DNA from: Corallochytrium limacisporum Hawaii
Taxonomy: Eukaryota; Protista; Pluriformea
NCBI GenBank assembly: GCA_002811645.1
Contig: PDIP01000001.1
Location: 124,001 to 188,000 of the forward strand
Direction of reading: 5' to 3'
DNA length: 64,000 nt
How positions within the stretch are numbered: the stretch's first letter is position 1; each line of letters starts with the position of its first letter. Below the pieces are notes generated by a model that made no database searches, was not told where the DNA came from, and saw only the letters and a list, made by a program, of their open reading frames with translations. Both the position numbers and the translations under genes were made by a program. Of this stretch, positions 9,560-20,885 are shown in pieces.

Positions 9560-12500
9560 ATGCATTTATATCATTTACTTCTAAAGTCCGCATACGGGGC
9601 GAGTCATGCTTGTCAAGGCAGCTTTTCTGGGGACCGCGTGGAGGAGGTTGTGCTGGTCAAGAATTCGTCCACAATCGAGCTGTGGTCCCTGGATGCGGGC
9701 ACAGGTAGTATCTCACGCACGGACCAGACACCCCTTTTCTCCACAATCACAGCGGTACAATCGTATCGCCTTCTTGGAACACAGAAAGACTACCTCCTAG
9801 TTGGAACAGACAGTGGATACTTTATTGTGCTGGAGCGGATATACAGTGACCGGGGGCTATGCTGGAAGCGTGTCGTCGCAGAACCCCTCGCACGCTCGGG
9901 TCTGCGCCGCCAGGGCAGTGGAACCTACCTTGCCGTTGATCCAAAGGGGAGGGCAGTCATGAGCGCAGGCTTGGAACGGATAAAATTTGTACACACCGTG
10001 ACGCCGGGGTCGGATGCAAAGAAGGATCCCTTAGTGGTGTCTTCACCAGTTGAGGCACACCGGCCACATGTCGCTACCATTGACCTGGTTGCAGTGGACG
10101 TTGGCTTTGAGAACCCTTGCTTTGTTGCGTTGGAAATTAACTTAGAGGACGATAAGTCCAATGTAGATCGGACGAAAAGCACGGACTGCATCCAAAATCT
10201 TAACACATACGAACTAGATCTGGGGTTGAATAGTGTTGTTCGAAAGCGTACTATAGCCCTGCAATCACCAGGAGACTCTCAAGGCAGACGGGCGACAAAA
10301 CTCATCAGTATACCCGCGAAAGATGCTGAGGGATCGGGAAGTGGTGTTCTTGTCTGTTTTGAGGACGGACGGATCAAATTTCACTCGGTGAAGGAACTGA
10401 GGAGCTCAAAGACATCGCAGTCCCGCAGCATTGTTCCTGGATCCAGTGTGTATCTTCCTACGTCCGCCTCGGACAACGACTTTCAACTATCTACTCTGGT
10501 CATCGTGGCGACAGCGTTAAGAACCCAGAGCATGATGATCGTTTTGTTGCAGACAGAGACAGGAGATGTTTTCCGGGTTCATCTCGATGATGAAAGGGGC
10601 ACAATCTCACGGGTGACTCACTTCGACATTGTGACTCCATCAGTGTCTATACTAATCTTTCGATCGGGTTTCGTGTTCTGCCTAAGTGAGCGTGAGCGTC
10701 ACTCCCTGTACACTATTGTCGATTTGGAGGCAGAAACTGAATTGCGCCGGGAAGGTGCTGTCGTGCGTGTGGAGGAGCGGCGTCCAGATGAAAGAGGGTA
10801 CAAATGCCTGGAGGAGAGTCAAACAGTTACGGGGCTCGCATGTGTTCGTGGGGCGCGCGCGCTTAATGTGCAGGGTACCGTTGCCACAGCCGATCGTACA
10901 CGTCTCTTTGAACAGAATACCACACAAAGTGACGCCACAGATCGTGAAATGGCGAACACATGGCTTTGCTGGGGCGGCAGCGGGCACGGTGGACATGGGA
11001 TGATTTCCATAGTGACTTACGGAATGCCAACAACCCAGGTAGCATCGAGTCGGCTGCCTGCCAAGCCTCTGTCCGTGTTTACCCTTACCACTGCAAAGTT
11101 ATCTAACCGATCTCGCGAGGACGTACCATACCACAGTCTTCTTTTGCTGAGTTTCGAAGATGCGACCTTGATCTTGTCCATTGGTGAGGGCTCAGTAGCA
11201 GAGGCAGTGGATACGGGCATTAAGTCAGATTGTGCTACCTTGCACGCAGCTGAAGTGGGAATGTCCGGGGCAATATTACAGGTAACATCCTCGGAAGTCT
11301 ATGTTGTGCACGACTCAGAAATTTCGGCCACATGGCATGCACCGAAGGGTTGTCGAATCACAATGGCAGCCAGTAATCGTAGCCAAGTTGTCGTTGTTTT
11401 GGACGGATTCACCATTGTTTACATGGAATATGCACTGGAAGAAATGAGAGGAAACCGCAACGTATCGGGAGCGTCCAAGAAGATCTTGAGCGAATTCGGA
11501 GAGCGAAAAGCACTTGACCATCAGGTGACCTGCCTGTCTTTAGAGAGTCTCTCCGTGGGGAGACGCAGAAGCAAGTTTCTTGCTGTTGGATGTAAAGACC
11601 GCTCGGTTAGAATCTTGAGCGTCAGACCGGACAACTGCCTACAACAGGTAAGTCTCCAATTGCTCCAAGCCGTGAGCACATCTGTGGTGATCCAGACTGT
11701 CACCAAGGAAGACATCATAAGGGAATCTAGAGCGGAGAACGAAGAGGATGGCACAGTAATGACAGCTGCAATAAGTAGATCTTCCAATCTGATGCTCTTG
11801 GTCGGTTTAGAGAATGGTGTCCTGGTTCGATCTGTGCTGGATGCGACTGATGGCAGTCTCGGCCACACCCGATTGAAATTCATTGGCCCCGCACGCCTGA
11901 AGTTGCGCCGCATGCGCCTTTCTGGGCGGCTGGATCATTATGGTGTGTTGGTCATTGCGGACAGGCCATGGCTAGTGAGTCCCTCATCGGAGCACCAAGG
12001 CAAAATGACAGAGTGCCCTTTGTACACCTCGACGGGGCCCGGCAAATCCAACTTCCAAGACTGTGCTGCGTTTCACAGTGATCAATGTATCTTCGGCGCA
12101 TGTGCGATCGAAGGACAGAATCTCAACATATTCTACGTTTCGGACTTTAGTTCACAGTTTACTGCCGTGGACATTCCTTGGCAAGATCATCAAATCGCAA
12201 AGGTAAACGAAATGTACACTCCGTCTGACTCGGATGGCCCTGCATACATTGCTTTTGGAAATCAACGCCGAGACCACCGATCTTTGGACTTACGCACCGC
12301 TCTGCAGCTTCCGGACGACCGCGGCAAGATGAATGGTGCATCGAAGAAGGCAAGAGTAGACTCGCGGATCTACACAACGTCCAGTCTTCGGTCTATTGAT
12401 TTCTTCGAGGGGTGGTCTGCCCCTCCGCGGATGGAGGTACTCCAGGACTTTGCTGATGGTATCACTTGTCTCACAATGGCCTCCACAGGGGACATCGCCC

Positions 12501-13696
12501 TTATCAGTCAACTGTTGGAGGAGCATCACGGTGGAGAAATTGAGCCCTGGATGACACAGACTGGGGGACGCAAGAAAGCTACCAAGGGTGACGCGGGTCA
12601 TAGACCGGGCCGATCTTTAGTTGTGGTCAGTACTGCTCGGGATGTTTTGTACGCTCCCCGACCAAAGTTCTCGGCTTGCGGTCTGGCCACATTTCTCATC
12701 AAGGAGCGCGTAGATACCCAGGTTGCAGACGAGCTGGACGAGGAAGGAGATCTTTCTGAAGTGCAATTGCTTCACGAAACTCCACTCGAAACGCTCTGCT
12801 CCCGGGTGTCATTCCTGGGGAACCGGGTGGCCGTCGCCACCGGACGCCATCTGCGTCTCTATGCCATCGGCAAGACGAAGCTACTCAAGAAATGCGAGGT
12901 TGTCGCAGTTCCCAATTCCATCGTCACACTGGAGGCACTGCCTGCCAGCAACCGATTCATCTGTGGTGACATACAGCAGGGACACTTTATCGTTGAGTAC
13001 GACCCTGCGGCAAATCTGATGGTCCGCGTGGCTGAGGATTGTTTACCACGCTGGTGTCTCACAGACTGCGCGTTAGACTATGCTACGATTGCCGGAAGTG
13101 ATAAATTTGGCAATATATGGATCTCGCGTCTGCCTGATGAGACGCGCATGCGCACTGTTGCCGCGTCCGCTTCCACATTAATCCGTCAGCAGGCAGCAGG
13201 GGCCAACCTCACGACCAATCCGGTATCATCGATGACTGCCAGTTTGGCATCGCTCAACGAACTTTCTAAGGCCGAGAACATGCCCCAGCTCGGTGTTCAG
13301 TGTGAATTCTACGTCGGCGAGCCAGTTGTAGCATTGATGCCAACGGTATTGGTCCCGGGAGCGCCCTCTGTGCTCTTATACGTAACTGTGAGTGGTGCAA
13401 TGGGCCTATTGGCACCAATGCAGTCACGTCACGAAGTGGAGGTAATGCAGCAGCTCGAAATGCTTCTGCAACACCAACACGCCGAGGCTGCTGACCAACT
13501 GAAGCTAGCCATGCGTGATCACCGCGCATATCGAAGCATGTACCAGCCTGTCAAAGGAGTGGTGGACGGCGATCTGTGCGAGCGGTGGTTTGCACTGGAT
13601 CTTGAGACCCGCACAGCCATTGCTGGAGAATTGAATCTGGAGGAGTTTGAGCTTCGGACCAAGCTGGAGGAGTTGAGGCAGAGAGTGGCCTTCTGA
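9560..13696 (+). CDS. SF3B3: Splicing factor 3B subunit 3 (SAP130/Rse1)
   Basis: MHLYHL start, YLAVDPKGRAVM, SSPVEAH, DVGFENPCFVALE, YELDLGLN, LDYATIAGSDKFGNI, RDHRAYRSMYQPVKGVVDGDLCE. Confidence 0.97.
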   Translation: MHLYHLLLKSAYGASHACQGSFSGDRVEEVVLVKNSSTIELWSLDAGTGSISRTDQTPLFSTITAVQSYRLLGTQKDYLLVGTDSGYFIVLERIYSDRGLCWKRVVAEPLARSGLRRQGSGTYLAVDPKGRAVMSAGLERIKFVHTVTPGSDAKKDPLVVSSPVEAHRPHVATIDLVAVDVGFENPCFVALEINLEDDKSNVDRTKSTDCIQNLNTYELDLGLNSVVRKRTIALQSPGDSQGRRATKLISIPAKDAEGSGSGVLVCFEDGRIKFHSVKELRSSKTSQSRSIVPGSSVYLPTSASDNDFQLSTLVIVATALRTQSMMIVLLQTETGDVFRVHLDDERGTISRVTHFDIVTPSVSILIFRSGFVFCLSERERHSLYTIVDLEAETELRREGAVVRVEERRPDERGYKCLEESQTVTGLACVRGARALNVQGTVATADRTRLFEQNTTQSDATDREMANTWLCWGGSGHGGHGMISIVTYGMPTTQVASSRLPAKPLSVFTLTTAKLSNRSREDVPYHSLLLLSFEDATLILSIGEGSVAEAVDTGIKSDCATLHAAEVGMSGAILQVTSSEVYVVHDSEISATWHAPKGCRITMAASNRSQVVVVLDGFTIVYMEYALEEMRGNRNVSGASKKILSEFGERKALDHQVTCLSLESLSVGRRRSKFLAVGCKDRSVRILSVRPDNCLQQVSLQLLQAVSTSVVIQTVTKEDIIRESRAENEEDGTVMTAAISRSSNLMLLVGLENGVLVRSVLDATDGSLGHTRLKFIGPARLKLRRMRLSGRLDHYGVLVIADRPWLVSPSSEHQGKMTECPLYTSTGPGKSNFQDCAAFHSDQCIFGACAIEGQNLNIFYVSDFSSQFTAVDIPWQDHQIAKVNEMYTPSDSDGPAYIAFGNQRRDHRSLDLRTALQLPDDRGKMNGASKKARVDSRIYTTSSLRSIDFFEGWSAPPRMEVLQDFADGITCLTMASTGDIALISQLLEEHHGGEIEPWMTQTGGRKKATKGDAGHRPGRSLVVVSTARDVLYAPRPKFSACGLATFLIKERVDTQVADELDEEGDLSEVQLLHETPLETLCSRVSFLGNRVAVATGRHLRLYAIGKTKLLKKCEVVAVPNSIVTLEALPASNRFICGDIQQGHFIVEYDPAANLMVRVAEDCLPRWCLTDCALDYATIAGSDKFGNIWISRLPDETRMRTVAASASTLIRQQAAGANLTTNPVSSMTASLASLNELSKAENMPQLGVQCEFYVGEPVVALMPTVLVPGAPSVLLYVTVSGAMGLLAPMQSRHEVEVMQQLEMLLQHQHAEAADQLKLAMRDHRAYRSMYQPVKGVVDGDLCERWFALDLETRTAIAGELNLEEFELRTKLEELRQRVAF

Positions 13697-13940
13697 TATC
13701 TGTGGTTTTAGAAGATATCTGATGTCCAATGCCGTTGTATTCATACAATATATAGTGGGCTCAATTGATCAGAGTGTCCATGTTTCGATATCAAGATGCC
13801 AGAGAGTGTACCATACCATATCAAGAACCTGTAGACACCCTCGGTGCGCGACTTCCGGACCCCGTGCGCAGTCCCGCTCCCCCGGGGTCCCCGAACGACG
13901 GTCGGTTCCCCTACTTTGCGCTCTTCTCTCCCTACCCCCC

Positions 13941-14068
13941 NNNNNNNNNNNNNNNNNNNNNNNNNNNNNNNNNNNNNNNNNNNNNNNNNNNNNNNNNNNN
14001 NNNNNNNNNNNNNNNNNNNNNNNNNNNNNNNNNNNNNNNNNNNNNNNNNNNNNNNNNNNNNNNNNNNN
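13941..14068. other. Assembly gap (N run) flanked by poly-C
   Basis: N run in sequence. Confidence 1.
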
Positions 14069-14983
14069 CCCCCCCCAACTCCCCTGTACACAGGAGAGCC
14101 GCCTTAGAAACCGCCAAAGTACAGAAACGTAAGTATATCAATATGGACTGCCCGTAAAGTCAATGTAAGCGCCTCCTTCCACACACTGATGAATAAACTG
14201 GAACACTCTCGGATGCCACATGGAGGACTGGTTTGTTTCGGGGCATGATACTTACTTTTCGGTCTTGTACTCCCTTTACATGCCCACACATCGATGGGGA
14301 TGGATGGGTTAGGATTCTACTTGTGGGTAGAGTGGCCAGTCGCTCGCTCTCAGGATCTTGATGCCAGACATACCCCTCTCAATCATCATTTTGACGTGTA
14401 TGAGGGATCGCGTGCTTCATTTCCACATTTTCAAACATGTAAAGACACACCTAATTCCATAAGCTCTGCGCAGATGATGCGTCAAAGGGATCGCTGGAAC
14501 TATGTCTGTTGTAAAATTCACGCACCACGCCCGAGGTCCAGCCCTATTGTAGGATCTCAATCGCCATCAACAGTTGCTTTTCTCATTCTTAATGGATGAG
14601 CTACACCCACATCCTGCACAACTGTAGGGCCATTCGTGTTAAGTGACACCGATGACGTTGAGCTGGAGATAGCATGCCAATGCCTAGCATCGGGAAACAA
14701 AGTAGAGTGGCGTGCAGGGGACCCAAAAACCACCTGTGCTACAAATCCCCGAGCATCTAATTAAAGAGAAATCTTCGGAGAATACACACAAATGTACGCA
14801 CTGCACAGAACACCATCTGAATACCACTGCTCCTTCGGGTACATATTTTGCCCAAATTGGGAGCCCCGCCTGCCCATTTTGTGTCTTTTCGCGGCCACCA
14901 CTCGGTTCTCAACCAACCTTCCCACTACTGCAGCGCCTCGTTCAAAATTTTCTTTTTTTTTTCTTTCACACCCCCCCCCCCCC

Positions 14984-15082
14984 NNNNNNNNNNNNNNNNN
15001 NNNNNNNNNNNNNNNNNNNNNNNNNNNNNNNNNNNNNNNNNNNNNNNNNNNNNNNNNNNNNNNNNNNNNNNNNNNNNNNNNN
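14984..15082. other. Assembly gap (N run) following poly-C
   Basis: N run in sequence. Confidence 1.
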
Positions 15083-15099
15083 CTGCAGCGCCTCGTTCA

Positions 15100-17610
15100 A
15101 AATTTTCTTTTTTTTTTCTTCCCCCCCCCCCCCCCCGCGGGGGCCTCGTCCTCTCCCTCACTGCCTCTCTCGCGCGCGCTCAAGAGAGATGGGCAAAACG
15201 AGTGTGTGCCTGTAGAAGAGAGTACGGACCACCCGGGGGTGGTACACACAGTACCGCCATCGCCCATCGATCCATCATAGATCCCCCCCCCACCCTGCCC
15301 GCGCCCTTACGTCCTCGGGGTCTTCCGTTTCTCCCTACGGGGTGCCACCCCAAACTGGCCCCGCGGGGGTGGTAGGTGTATGTATGTCTCATAGTTCATG
15401 TCAGTCAGACAAGAATTCCAGTTATACACTACCAGCTTGTTTCTATTTTCATTTTGGGGTGCTATACATGCCCACACACTTCTCTCTCTCTCTCTCTCTG
15501 TGTGGCTGGCTGGCTGGCTGACTGGCTGGCTGGTGAGTTAGATGGTTTGGTTTTTTTTTTCTCTTTCCATTTGTCCCTTTTTTTTGGGCGGTGTGTGGAA
15601 TTTTTTCTCTCGTCTTCCCTTCTCCCCCTTTTTTTCTATGATGATGGATGACACCCAACCGGACCAAGCCACGCACACACAAAAGACGAGGGGCACGGCC
15701 ACCCCCGATCAAAATAAACAGCCTCCGACTTTCGCTGGACCTTCCCCTCTTCATTTTTTTTTCGCATCATTTTTTTTCTCGTCCTCGAACTATTTTTTTT
15801 CCTTCCCCTTTGGAAGGGAAAGATCTTTGTTCACTCCCCCCCCCCGGCCTCTTCTCCCTCCTCCCACCCTCTCTCACGCACTTTCTCTCTCTCGCTCTCT
15901 CTCTAACTCTCTAAAACCCCCCTTTTTCTTTTACCGGTTGCGCAGAAGAGCCGCTCCCCCCCCCCACGTATTTTGCTGTGGCTGCTGCGCTTCCAATACT
16001 TTAATGGATCTTTTGATAGATGAGATCTCTACTCCGGCTTCACTCACTTCACATAGCCAACTGACTCACTCACACATTACTCTCTCTCTCTCTCTCTTTT
16101 ACTCTCCCTCTCGTTCCCTGAGTTTGTTTCCCATAGATATAGGGTATATAGGGCCCAATGTGATCGCATAAGAATGGCAGCCAAAAGGCCTGGCATAGCA
16201 AGAGCATAAGGAGAAAGAAAAAAAAAGGAAAAAAATTATTGAGGAGGGGGGGGGGGGTGTTGCAGGAAACACCTCGAAAATTAGAGAACAAAAAGAAAAG
16301 GTTGGACACCCACACCAACAGCACACATTTTTTCCTGGGTCACACATAGAGCAATGGGTGTGTGTGTGTGTGGGTTCAGAGCCGCACACAACTGGGAAGG
16401 TTCAGTATTGGCAGGTAAGGGACTGACGACCGACCGAAAAAAAAAAAGAGAGCTTGCTGTGCGCTTAAGTCTCCGCTTTTGCCCCTGGGGTCACCACTCG
16501 CCCCTTTGTCCCCCCTGTGAAAACCCTGGTGTGAGGGCGCGCGATCCAAGGAAACCGTCGCATCTCTGTCTCCGGAGGAGAAACCCCGGGGGGGGGCTGT
16601 CTGTCTCTCACTCGCTCAGTCACTCACTCTCTCTCTCTCACTCTTCTCCTCCTCCTCCGAAAAATTCCTTTCCAAGCAATTGCTGGTGATGGTGGGCTGG
16701 ACCGGCCGATGCTTTGCACACACTCACACCAACTCTCTCATAGGGGAGGAGAATGGAGAGCCCCTGCCGGGGAAGGTGGAGGAGAGTGGGGAGGGAACGC
16801 ATAGCCACGCGACCGATACTGAATGCTCAGGACTGACTGGATAAAAACTGGTTGCGGCCGTATTGGCACACAAGTCACCATGCAAAACTGTCAATTCCCT
16901 CGGCCACCCCCCCCTTTCCCCCCTCTTCCCTGGTGGCTTCATGGCTATACACCCCCCCCCTTCCCTTCGGTCCCACCCGAACCATCTCCTTTGGCCATGT
17001 TTCTTCCCATCGAGCCTTAGTTATATACATTTACTACCGGATCACAGGCTTTCGTGGGTACCTTCCCGAGCGATTGCTGTTTCTTCCTCCGTTGGCCAAC
17101 TGTCCCTCCTTGGGCCCTGAGCTTCTTCCGTTGACCCACCAACGTCCACCAAAAAAGAACGAACGACGAATGGAAAAAAAAAAAAGAGAGAGAAAAAGCC
17201 CCTGGTCAGCGCGCCGCCGTCCTTCTCTCTACCTCCCTCGTTCCTTCGCCTCCCCTGCCCTTCCCTGGTCACCGATTCTTCACGGGTTCTTCACCAACCA
17301 ACCAACCCAAGCCAGGGGCCTAGCTCTCTCTCTCTTGGGCGGCACATTTTTTTTCCTCTTTTTCTTTTTTATTCTTTTCTTTTTTTGTTCCTTTTTGCTC
17401 TCTGCGCCTAAAATTTTTCCTGCTGAGCCACAAGAGACGAGAAGAGATGGCACTTGAGCTCTTAGCGAGGTTGGGGGTGTGGGGTGGTAAGGGAACGAGC
17501 TCGGATCTCTCTCTCTCTCTCTCTCTGTGCTCCTCCCTCGCGGGGCCTCCCTTGACTTTTGGGGAACACTCACACACACGCACTCTCTCTCTCTCGCACG
17601 CAACACACAC
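15100..17610. repeat. Low-complexity non-coding block: (CT)n, (CA)n, (GGCT)n and homopolymer tracts
   Basis: Many CT runs (about 15480, 15885, 16080, 16625, 17506, 17584), TGGC repeats around 15503-15531, and poly-T, -A, -C and -G tracts. ORFs here translate to low-complexity peptides. Confidence 0.85.
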
Positions 17611-18174
17611 AGTCCGCGGCACGCCCTTTCCACAGCGGGCGATGAAGGAAACGAACGAAACGAAATGAGTAACGCGTAATATCCTCTTGGGTTTGCCGGA
17701 GAAAATCGATTTGTCCCGGTTCAAAGGAGTGACAGAAACCTCACGGACACTGCTCTGCTTGCTGCGTACGTTCAGGAGACACTTTTCTCTTGAAAGCAGA
17801 AAATATCCGGGCATAAGAACGCACCACGACATTGGGACCGAGTATAATGATATCCTACTGCCAAAGACTTCATAAATTCACGTGCATGATGGTTTTGTTA
17901 CATTGGGCAGAATGTGAACATGGTCCCTGGCAGATATTTGAAAAATTGCGGACTCTCAATCAGAATGGACAAGAAATTGTTCATGTATTATGATCTGCCC
18001 GTTTCTTTGTTCGGCAACCAGTTAAAGGGAGAATACGGTTGTGTGGCGTCAAGTGTGAACGGCAGTTTTAGTTGTTTCCAAGTCGATAAGAGATAGATTG
18101 GCAGTAAGAATATGACATAGGAGTGCGGTTCCCTACACATAGTGTCTTGTCACTATAAACTCAACACAGCCGAT

Positions 18175-20016
18175 ATGCGATTTGGTTTCGGAATGACCCT
18201 GAGGGCTGCGGTCCTGGCAGTTGCAATCTCAACCGTCAGTGTCTCTGCCCAAAGCGAGAGCGACTTAAAGGATGACCCCAATGTACATATTCCCGAGTAC
18301 TATAAACTGCAGGTTGCGGACGGGGGTAGTTCAGTGAACGGCACGGCAATGTGCATCGGTGTGGACCCAGAGACGAGTATTACGTCCATCGTGAAATGTG
18401 ACAGCTCGTATGCTATGGTTTGGTACAGAGACCGTCTGTATATGCTGGATGCCAAGTTATATCTTGACAATGAGTCGACGGTCTGTCTCTCAGTGGTAGA
18501 AGACTCGGACGACAAGCCGTTGATTGCAACCAACTGTCCCCTTGCTCCGGCTCCTTCGTTGGGCACTGATCCCACGGAAACCTATGTGTTCCATGAAGGC
18601 AGTACAAACAGCACTGCGAGACTCCTCAGTCTCTTCGTCCTGGACGGCAACAATGATGTGTGCGTGAGCTATGACGAGGACTATGAGGACTTCCCGTTCA
18701 TTATCTCAGTTTGCGACTACGAGACAGCTGCGAACAAAACTCTAAACTTGATCCAAGAATTCTCTCTTGTATCGGTTGAAAAGTCAGAGTTTGACCCCGA
18801 TTCGACCTCGGTATCCCCAAGTGAACCCTCGAACTCTACCGATTCCGGCTCATCTACAAGCGTCGGCCTCATCATCGGTATCGTAGTGGGAGTTGCGGTC
18901 GTAGCCTTCGTTGCGGGCCTGCTCGTTGTCCAGAGACGGAGAGCTGCCCGCAGTGACAAGAACAGCATGGAGATGGGCATGAGCGACCCTGTCAAGGTCC
19001 TCACTCAGAATCCAAGCCCCAGCAGAGCCGACTTTGAGGCCACACTGCTAAAGATCCAGGAACTCATGGTTAACAGTGTGCCTGCCGAGCTCGTCATCAC
19101 CAAGGAACAGCTCACATTGCAGGAACAGCTGGCCAACGGAAACTTTGGAGCCGTCTACAACGGTGTCCTGACCAAGAACCCGGGAGCTTCAGACTTTGTG
19201 GCTGCGAAGGTGCCGCGCTTTGACCAGGACGCAACGGCAAATCTGCATCGCCTCTACCAATTTGCGGCTGAAGCTCGCTACGTGTGCATGCTGGCACCTC
19301 ATGACAACATCATCGCCTGCCTTGGTGTGTGTATGGATCCAGAAAAGCCCATGATTGCGTTCGAGAAGATGTCATGGGGTGATGCGGCTACGTACCTCCG
19401 AAACCTGGAGCACAATGCCGGGGTTCTCAACTACCTCGACTACGTTGCGACCCAGGTGGCGCGTGGCATGCAACACATTCATGAGAAGGGATGCATCCAC
19501 CGTGATCTTGCCCTGCGTAACATTCTGATTGGTGATCAGATGCAGGTCAAGATTGGTGACTTTGGTCTCATGAAAGTGGCAGACGCGAATGGTGTCTACC
19601 GTGAGTCTGGAGATGAAACTCGTCTTGTTACCCAGCTCAATGCCTCTGCTGGTGAGGCTGCCGGGATGCCTGTTCGCTGGATGGCACCGGAGTCTTTGCT
19701 GCACAGAGAGTGGAGCTTCCTCAGTGATATCTGGAGCTTCGGCATCCTCCTGTACGAGATTTACAACCTCGGTACGGTCCCATACTTTGGGCACACGAAC
19801 TCACAGGTTGTGGAACTTGTCCCGACTGGCCAGCTTAGCCTCCAGGCGCCGGAAATGGCCGATGAGACAATTGTGAATTTTGTGTTCCGCACTTGTTTGT
19901 CTCTGGAAAAGTATAACCGTCCGAGCTTTGAGCACATTGTCCGCGTCCTGGAGAACCAGGGTAATCGCGACGCACGCAATGTATATGTCGAGGACGTGCA
20001 GATGGGCGGACAGTAA
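18175..20016 (+). CDS. Receptor tyrosine kinase with Cys-paired (ricin-B lectin-like) ectodomain
   Basis: Signal peptide (LRAAVLAVAISTVSVSA), Ser/Thr stalk, TM helix VGLIIGIVVGVAVVAFVAGLLVV followed by QRRR. Kinase motifs NGNFG, VAAK, HRDLALRN, DFG, PVRWMAPES, SDIWSFG are tyrosine-kinase type. Confidence 0.93.
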   Translation: MRFGFGMTLRAAVLAVAISTVSVSAQSESDLKDDPNVHIPEYYKLQVADGGSSVNGTAMCIGVDPETSITSIVKCDSSYAMVWYRDRLYMLDAKLYLDNESTVCLSVVEDSDDKPLIATNCPLAPAPSLGTDPTETYVFHEGSTNSTARLLSLFVLDGNNDVCVSYDEDYEDFPFIISVCDYETAANKTLNLIQEFSLVSVEKSEFDPDSTSVSPSEPSNSTDSGSSTSVGLIIGIVVGVAVVAFVAGLLVVQRRRAARSDKNSMEMGMSDPVKVLTQNPSPSRADFEATLLKIQELMVNSVPAELVITKEQLTLQEQLANGNFGAVYNGVLTKNPGASDFVAAKVPRFDQDATANLHRLYQFAAEARYVCMLAPHDNIIACLGVCMDPEKPMIAFEKMSWGDAATYLRNLEHNAGVLNYLDYVATQVARGMQHIHEKGCIHRDLALRNILIGDQMQVKIGDFGLMKVADANGVYRESGDETRLVTQLNASAGEAAGMPVRWMAPESLLHREWSFLSDIWSFGILLYEIYNLGTVPYFGHTNSQVVELVPTGQLSLQAPEMADETIVNFVFRTCLSLEKYNRPSFEHIVRVLENQGNRDARNVYVEDVQMGGQ

Positions 20017-20225
20017 CCACGCTGGTGCTCACTTGACCAAAAACAAATGTAGATTATCCTGAATAGATCTTGACATTGTAAACCTTAAAACAAAATATTC
20101 AAACATGACGCAAAGCCATCAGCACTGCCGCCGCAGTGACTTGTCGGTTTAGATTCAATTTTCTGTAGTTTCCAGAGCTCCTGTATTTTGACCTTACGAA
20201 TACAAATTGTGCGTTGCCCTGCAAT

Positions 20226-20885
20226 TTAGCTGGTGGTGACCTGAGCCGGCAATCCGAATTCGTCCACCGCGCTCTCTTCCTGCTTTGCTCCGGGTTCGGT
20301 GATCGGAGCGTCTGGAATGGCTGATGCCTCGTCGAGGTACGACGTATCCTCGTCCAAAGCAATGTCATCTTCCAGTAGGTCCAATTCAGCCTCCAGTTCC
20401 TCGTCGTCGATCTCTTCGGGCAAACCATAGCTCCGGCTCAGTGCCTCCTGGATCTCGTTAGCCTGGTCAAGCATGTCCTCCAGGTCGTCCTGAACTGCGT
20501 CGACCTTGTCAATATTAATGTTCTTGAACTGTTTCTTCATATCCTTGACACCGGTCTTCATGGCATCTACCTGGGTGATGGTGTCCTTCAGACCCTGTGT
20601 GGCCATATTGGCCTGCTCCATGTTAAATGACTGTTGCATGAGCTGGTCACGCTGGCTTTCATACATGCGTTTCTGCTTCAGTACGCGCATGGCCCGAGAC
20701 TTGACAGCGTTCTTGGCAGCCGGTGACTTTGCATTCTTCATCTGCTGTTTGTACTTTGTGAGCTCCTGCTCCAATTTTTGAATTTTCTTCTCAACGGTTT
20801 CCACACGTCCATCTGTGTTGGCAATAGCGTCTGTAAGGGTAGCCTTAGGCTGTTTCGGTTTCGAAGAACCAAATATACGATTCAT
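20226..20885 (-). CDS. CHMP5: ESCRT-III protein CHMP5/Vps60
   Basis: [51 protein letters not shown]. Confidence 0.97.
   Translation of the reverse strand: MNRIFGSSKPKQPKATLTDAIANTDGRVETVEKKIQKLEQELTKYKQQMKNAKSPAAKNAVKSRAMRVLKQKRMYESQRDQLMQQSFNMEQANMATQGLKDTITQVDAMKTGVKDMKKQFKNINIDKVDAVQDDLEDMLDQANEIQEALSRSYGLPEEIDDEELEAELDLLEDDIALDEDTSYLDEASAIPDAPITEPGAKQEESAVDEFGLPAQVTTS

Noticed and set aside
14928-15120. ~35-bp direct repeat (ctgcagcgcctcgttcaaaattttctttttttt) on both sides of the second gap
   Set aside because: Both copies run into poly-C beside an N gap, so this is most likely unmerged overlapping contig ends.
15376-17832. ORFs of 100-209 aa in the low-complexity block
   Set aside because: Translations are F/S/L/P or R/E/K runs caused by microsatellites lacking stop codons.
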